A stretch of 63,996 bases of DNA, filler included, from Dimargaris cristalligena (lineage: Eukaryota): assembly GCA_003614675.1 (NCBI GenBank). It is 10 parts of 10 records of this genome, joined end to end, with 100 filler letters (N's around TTAATTAATTAA, not from the genome) between each part and the next. Parts side by side here need not be neighbours in the genome. Positions count along the whole stretch, not along the records: positions 59,070 to 63,996 come from ML003707.1; 9 more parts are not named here. One strand, written 5' to 3'. Position numbers and translations under genes: made by a program. This document shows, in pieces, positions 59,092 through 63,996 of the stretch. The notes beneath the pieces were generated by a model, which made no database searches, had not been told where the DNA came from, and was given only the letters and a program-made list of their open reading frames with translations. The stretch's first letter is position 1, and every line of letters starts with the position of its first letter.

Positions 59092-62000
59092 CTAAAGATT
59101 TTTCAAAATTGCCCGAAGCCGGTTGGCCTCGGCCTGGCGCGAGAGTTCCGACGATTCGGACGGGTCGATTTCCCCGGCCTCGCCGTCCAGCTCGGATTTA
59201 GGACCCGGCTCGGTATGCGTAGGGTCCACCGGAAGGCTGTCCAGATTGGCGATGTACTCTACGGTAATCATACACCCAACAAAATTAGAGTTCGATCGCC
59301 AGGGTAGAAAAATAGGATGAAGAATTCGGGGACACGAAGGGACAGAGTTAGTTCAAGTATTCTGTAGGAAATATTCCGTGAAGCCCGGGGTGTTTCGGCG
59401 GTATCCAAGGCTGTATGATAATAATAATAGTACTAGTATTCGCCACGCCAGTTGGGTAGTCTTTGGCTCTTACCCTCTACGTTGTGGCACACATCGGCCC
59501 ATTGGCGGCCATAGCGTTTGAGCAGCATAGTGGCATGCTGCTTAATGCGGGGCGCTTCGCTCGCCAAATAGACTAGGACCAGATCGGTCATGTGGACAAC
59601 GAATAGACCCTCCGTTAGCCGCCGGGTGTAAAAGCGTTCCTCGGTGTATTCTTCTTCGTAAGCATCTTCCATATTCAGGGCCTAGGGAGAGTAAAGCATT
59701 TAGGGATACGGCAACATGCAGGTTAGTTACTATCAGGCAGTAGGCCAGTTTCGAGTGACTTGGGTCCGTCAAATAAAGGGCACGGAATCCATCTAAATAC
59801 ATCTATATGTTTAGTTGTGCAACGGTACTCCCACTCACCTCACGCTCAGCGGCAATTTCCGCCTCGACAGGCTGGAGTCGATCCGTATAGGTCATGTGTA
59901 GTTCGACCAGCCGGTCTACCCGTTCGTAGCCGCTGTCCGGGAATTGGTTGACGACACGCCATCGGTCGGGGGTAGCCGGTTCCGTGTGTTTAAGGAGCGA
60001 GGCAATCACTGAAATGGTGTGTTCTACTCGAGGTAGTGTCGGGAGGGGGGAGTTATGGAGATGGTCGCATACCGAAATTCGAGTTAGTAGAAAAACAGAC
60101 ACCGTGCCTCTCATATACTCATTAGAACGACTAAAGGGTTTCCGGGCTTTTCCAGTCGGTTATTAGGGGGAGCATTTAACCCTTGGGGTAGAATTCCATC
60201 CACATGGCCCCGGACAAGTGCCCATTGGATCGAGCATATTGGCCATATAAATGATCACTTGAAGGCCGATGGCAAAGAGGCCCTCTACCTACCTTCTTCG
60301 TCCGCCTCCGATATGATTTTATATTGCTTCTTAAACTTGGCCAGGCCCTATCACAAACGACGTGAGCCACCCAAATAACATGGTTCAATAAACATAATAT
60401 AGATGCACCAAGCAGGACGTTAATTCGCGGCAACAATAACGCGATCACGGTAGGCAGCGAGATGGTTGCCCATCCGTCGGGAGAAGTCGACGCCATTTCA
60501 CCATCAATAAGCAGGACCCTTATACGTCCCCATCCGGTTATATTTAGGGCAGCGGGAACCATGTGGGGAATGCAACGCTATACCAACCTTTTTCATGAAC
60601 ACTTTCATGATGGGCACCAGGCCCGACTCTTCGATAAATTTTTGAGCAATCAGTTTGGAAACGAAGTGGTTGGTGCACGTCGCAAAGTTGAGGACTTTGA
60701 GGGCCCTTGAGCGGGACAGAAGTTTAGCTCTATAGATGTTTGATCCAGGGTGATCGAGCGATAGTAAAGATACATGTTAAAGCGGGTTTAGCTACAATAT
60801 GGGGGTAGGTGGGGCTGTGGCTTCCCGAGTAATAATCACAATGGTAACTTACTTGAGCATTAGGATCATTAATTCGACGCCCTCATTCTTTAAAAACTGG
60901 AGCTTAAGTTCGGGCTCACCGATCATTAGGCATAGGATATCGAATAGATTTTCCATATACTCGATTTCGTCGCCCGAGTCTGGATCGCGCTGTCGGTAGA
61001 CCTATCAAAGAAACCCCGCACCCATTCGTACATATATTTATATATGCATTTTTGGAAGAACAAATAAATAACCAAATATGAGTGAGCATAGTGGGGGTGG
61101 GTTCCGGGGCCTGGGTGATATATATGAGCAGGTGGGGATGAAATCAGTGACAATGGTCGTTAAAGTTGGCGGGGAGTGCCCCATGGAATTTTAAAGACAT
61201 ATGGCAAATGACTTACCGACAGGGCCTGAAGTATAGTATCGATTCCGCCGAGGGCCCCGAGGCGAATCTGGTTCGATGGTGAGCCCTGTAAGATAATCAC
61301 CAGAATTTCGCTGGCGTATTGTAGGTTCGACGAGAACTGTCCCGCGGCGATCACGTTGAGCAACCAGGACAGAATGGCTGTGCGCTCCACAAGCTCAGTG
61401 ACGTAGGTAGTACGGAGTTCGGTTAGATGTTCGATTAGACCCAGGGTCTGGAAAATGGCCGCCTGATCTTCGGGGCGATCATCTTGGAGTCGGCCGAGGT
61501 TTTGGACCACGAGTTCCAGCCCCTGGTTGGAAATAAATGCACCGACCATTGTATTAACCGCTTCGATCAAGGCGGCGGTGGCCCGCTCCTGTTCCACCAA
61601 GGTATGGATAGCCTCCTGGTCCAGCTCTTCCCCAGAGATTACGGGAATGGCATTGAAAACCGTTTCCTCGTCGGTCCACTCATTGAAGACCTCCACCACA
61701 ATGGCGGCCACGTCGGTGTTCTCGTGGGACAATTGGGAGAGAAGTAGAGGAATAGTATCCAGTTGGGCCAGCTCAGTGAACTGTTGGGGCGCCTGTGATA
61801 GATTGACGAAGCGGTGTAAAGTGTGTTCCAGATCGATTTCTGATTCCATGAACTTGGCGGGTGTATCGGGGTAGCGGGCTCGCAATTCCTGGTTTTTGTT
61901 GATGGCACGTTCCAATTGAAGGGTTAGCCTCCGGATAGCGGGCAGGGTCAGTTCGGGGTCGGTCTCATCAGAGAGCACCGCCCCGTGAAGAGCCCTCTAC

Positions 62001-62415
62001 TCCGTCAATTTGGTCGATTTCTTCCACAAAGTCGAGGATTTCCCGCTGCTGGTCACTGAAGCCGTCCCCGTAAAATCGGTGGTCCTCTTCGTCGTTGTCG
62101 TCAACTTCGGATGAATCGCCGTGGGGTGATGCCGGGGAGTCAGTCTCATGGCGCGGGCGGTGGGTAGGAGGAGGCGAGTGGCTGCTGGTTTCGTGTTTAC
62201 GCTTAGCGGGGCCGGAGGGAGCCGGAGTCTGAACAGGGAGCCAATACGAGACAGCAGTCCCTGGGGATGAATGGGGGAGTTAGAAGAGAGGCTGGGTGGA
62301 CCCCCTGGCTAGCCTAGCTACCAAGGGCCGGGAAGCTGCCATGGCTAGTCCATGGTGGAACTGGGGAGATGGGAGCCATGAAAATAAACGCGTACTGTAC
62401 CTTGGACTGGCTCAT
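59092..62415 (-). CDS. CTNNBL1: Beta-catenin-like protein 1 (Prp19 complex); exons 62415-62401, 62260-61217 (with frame breaks), 61001-60853, 60729-60588, 60347-60293, 60023-59839, 59681-59474, 59258-59092
   Basis: KNQELRARYPDTPAKFMESEIDL, LSHENTDVA, NLQYASEILVIILQ, EIEYMENLFD, EGVELM, ERVDRLVELH. GT-AG introns have consistent phases. The 5' structure is less certain. Confidence 0.9.
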
Positions 62416-63340
62416 GCTTCGGGAGTTGGGGCTTAATAGGGATAGTGGGCCAATGTGGTAATAGCAATGGCTGAGTGGGATAGAGAAAGTAGGGAGGCTG
62501 GTGGATTCGGGCTAGTCTGGTCTAGGTCATCTTAAGGAGCTGAGACTAATAGGGAGTTGTTTTCCGTGGCTGGTGTAGCTAGCTGCTTCTGGGTTGTGAG
62601 GGATGAGCCACCACTCTATTTGGCACCTCTACTCTACTATACTCGGCAAAGGCTCAACAGGCGCAACCCTATTTGTTGGGCCGGCATTTTCGGGGATATA
62701 CTGCTGCTGGCTCCCCTATTATGTTCTTATTGTTAATAATAGAGGTTGGTGCACCACTCGCTCAGCGAAGTCTAGTTATTGCCTGCCAAACACCATTTTA
62801 CTACAGGAAGGGTCATGGTGGCCTGTGGTGTGGGGAAGCTCTTTTAATAAGCTGATAAGCCTACACACCACATACGCTGCCTGCCTAGAATCACGTGATA
62901 TAAAGGGGTGCCCCGATTTTCGCCCTAGTCTTTTTCCTTTTTTATATTAAGAAAAGGCATCAAGCGCAAATTAGGGAGGGGTATATAGAAAATTTAGCCA
63001 GCTATGCAGATTCCAAATGCCCTCCCAAAAAGTGAAAGTAGGACTGACTCTAAAGCAATTGAGACTATCTAGCGCAGCATCCAACACCATTCCATAAAAA
63101 AACCCCATTGTTACCGAACATCGTCACCCATTGGATACATTCGTAGCTCATTTATCGTATTTCTAAACTACTCCCTTCGCCGAACCGTTTGAATCGGCCT
63201 CATTCCTCGCCTAAACCTCGTTCAACCCAACCCCTTCAGTCCCGTGGTGCTGACCTCTCCTTTGGGCTACTCGACTTTCTGGCCCCGTGCTGACTATACC
63301 CCAGCTATTTAGTCTATTAGCACCCTTACTCTTCGCCACC

Positions 63341-63464
63341 ATGGTCCTGCCGGTCAATAACGCCAACAATGTCCGGGTGTATACGGTGTGCGGTACAGCC
63401 GTCAACCGGAGCGTCCCAAAATGGGCTTCGAAAAAGGGCGACCGGGCTATGAAGAAGGATCAAG
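63341..63464 (+). CDS. ENP2: Enp2/NOL10 ribosome biogenesis factor, first exon
   Basis: MVLPVNNANNVRVYTVCGTAVNRSVPKWASKK resembles the Enp2 N-terminus. GCCACCATGG start context and G|GTCGGT donor. Next exon not found in the window. Confidence 0.8.
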
Positions 63465-63996
63465 GTCGGTTAGTGGAATAATTACCCTCCCCACCCGCCT
63501 TCAACGGGGGTGTTTTATTTTAGTATAGTATAGTATATCATACATGTACATTATGGTATGCCCACCCCCATCCCTATGGATAGTCCAAAATATATATCTA
63601 ACCCGCATTATAAACCCGTATGTGTGTACACAAATGGGAGGAGGTTTATAGAGTAATAGAGCAGTGATATAAAACTAATGGACAAGGGCAATCAAGGGGG
63701 AATCTACTGGGCTAGGAGAAGGTCGCTGCAAAGTGAATAGCTTGGAATAGAATACTACATAATACGGGGCAGTCTGTAGGGGGGCAGTGTAGTATAGAGT
63801 ATATTACTCTAGACCTCCCCAAACCATTATTATTATACCGAAATAGCACTGCAATTTAATGGGGCTGCGCGTTTTTTTTTCTTTCTATTTTTCCGATGCG
63901 CCCAATGGCAGGTGTACTTAATTAGATGTTTTAAAAAAACAATGTGGCATCTCTCTCCAATATTGCCAGGACATCACGTGAGAGGCTGTTCTCAGG

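Noticed and set aside
63909-63919. CAGGTGTACTT resembling the window start GGTGTACTT, as a possible TE end in the ENP2 intron
   Set aside because: Only a 9-bp match that does not extend.

Overview
Eukaryotic, intron-bearing fungal DNA. The gene set and TE types suggest an early-diverging fungus; this is inference only. The window is not a continuous locus. It is ten unplaced contigs joined by artificial 100-bp linkers (44 N + TTAATTAATTAA + 44 N); the eight complete ones fall in length from 6484 to 6424 bp, so adjacency across gaps means nothing. Host genes: PRP22 5' end, an RRN6/TAF1C-like gene, a 5-exon METTL23-like methyltransferase with a GC-AG intron, a RIM20/PalA-like BRO1 protein, initiator tRNA-Met, a HeH/LEM (Src1/Heh1) protein, an Hlj1/DNAJB12-like J protein, CTNNBL1, ENP2/NOL10 exon 1, and three orphan genes with signal peptides, one also carrying an F-box-like motif. 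Mobile DNA: a decayed DIRS-type retroelement, a decayed Tc1 element with ~218-bp TIRs, a LINE fragment, several solo-LTR families and other dispersed repeats. The strongest signal is repeat-restricted C-to-T/G-to-A hypermutation at CpG and also CpA/TpG (RIP-like) that spares repeat edges. Alongside it is a LINE ORF fragment that is open yet contains no CpG.
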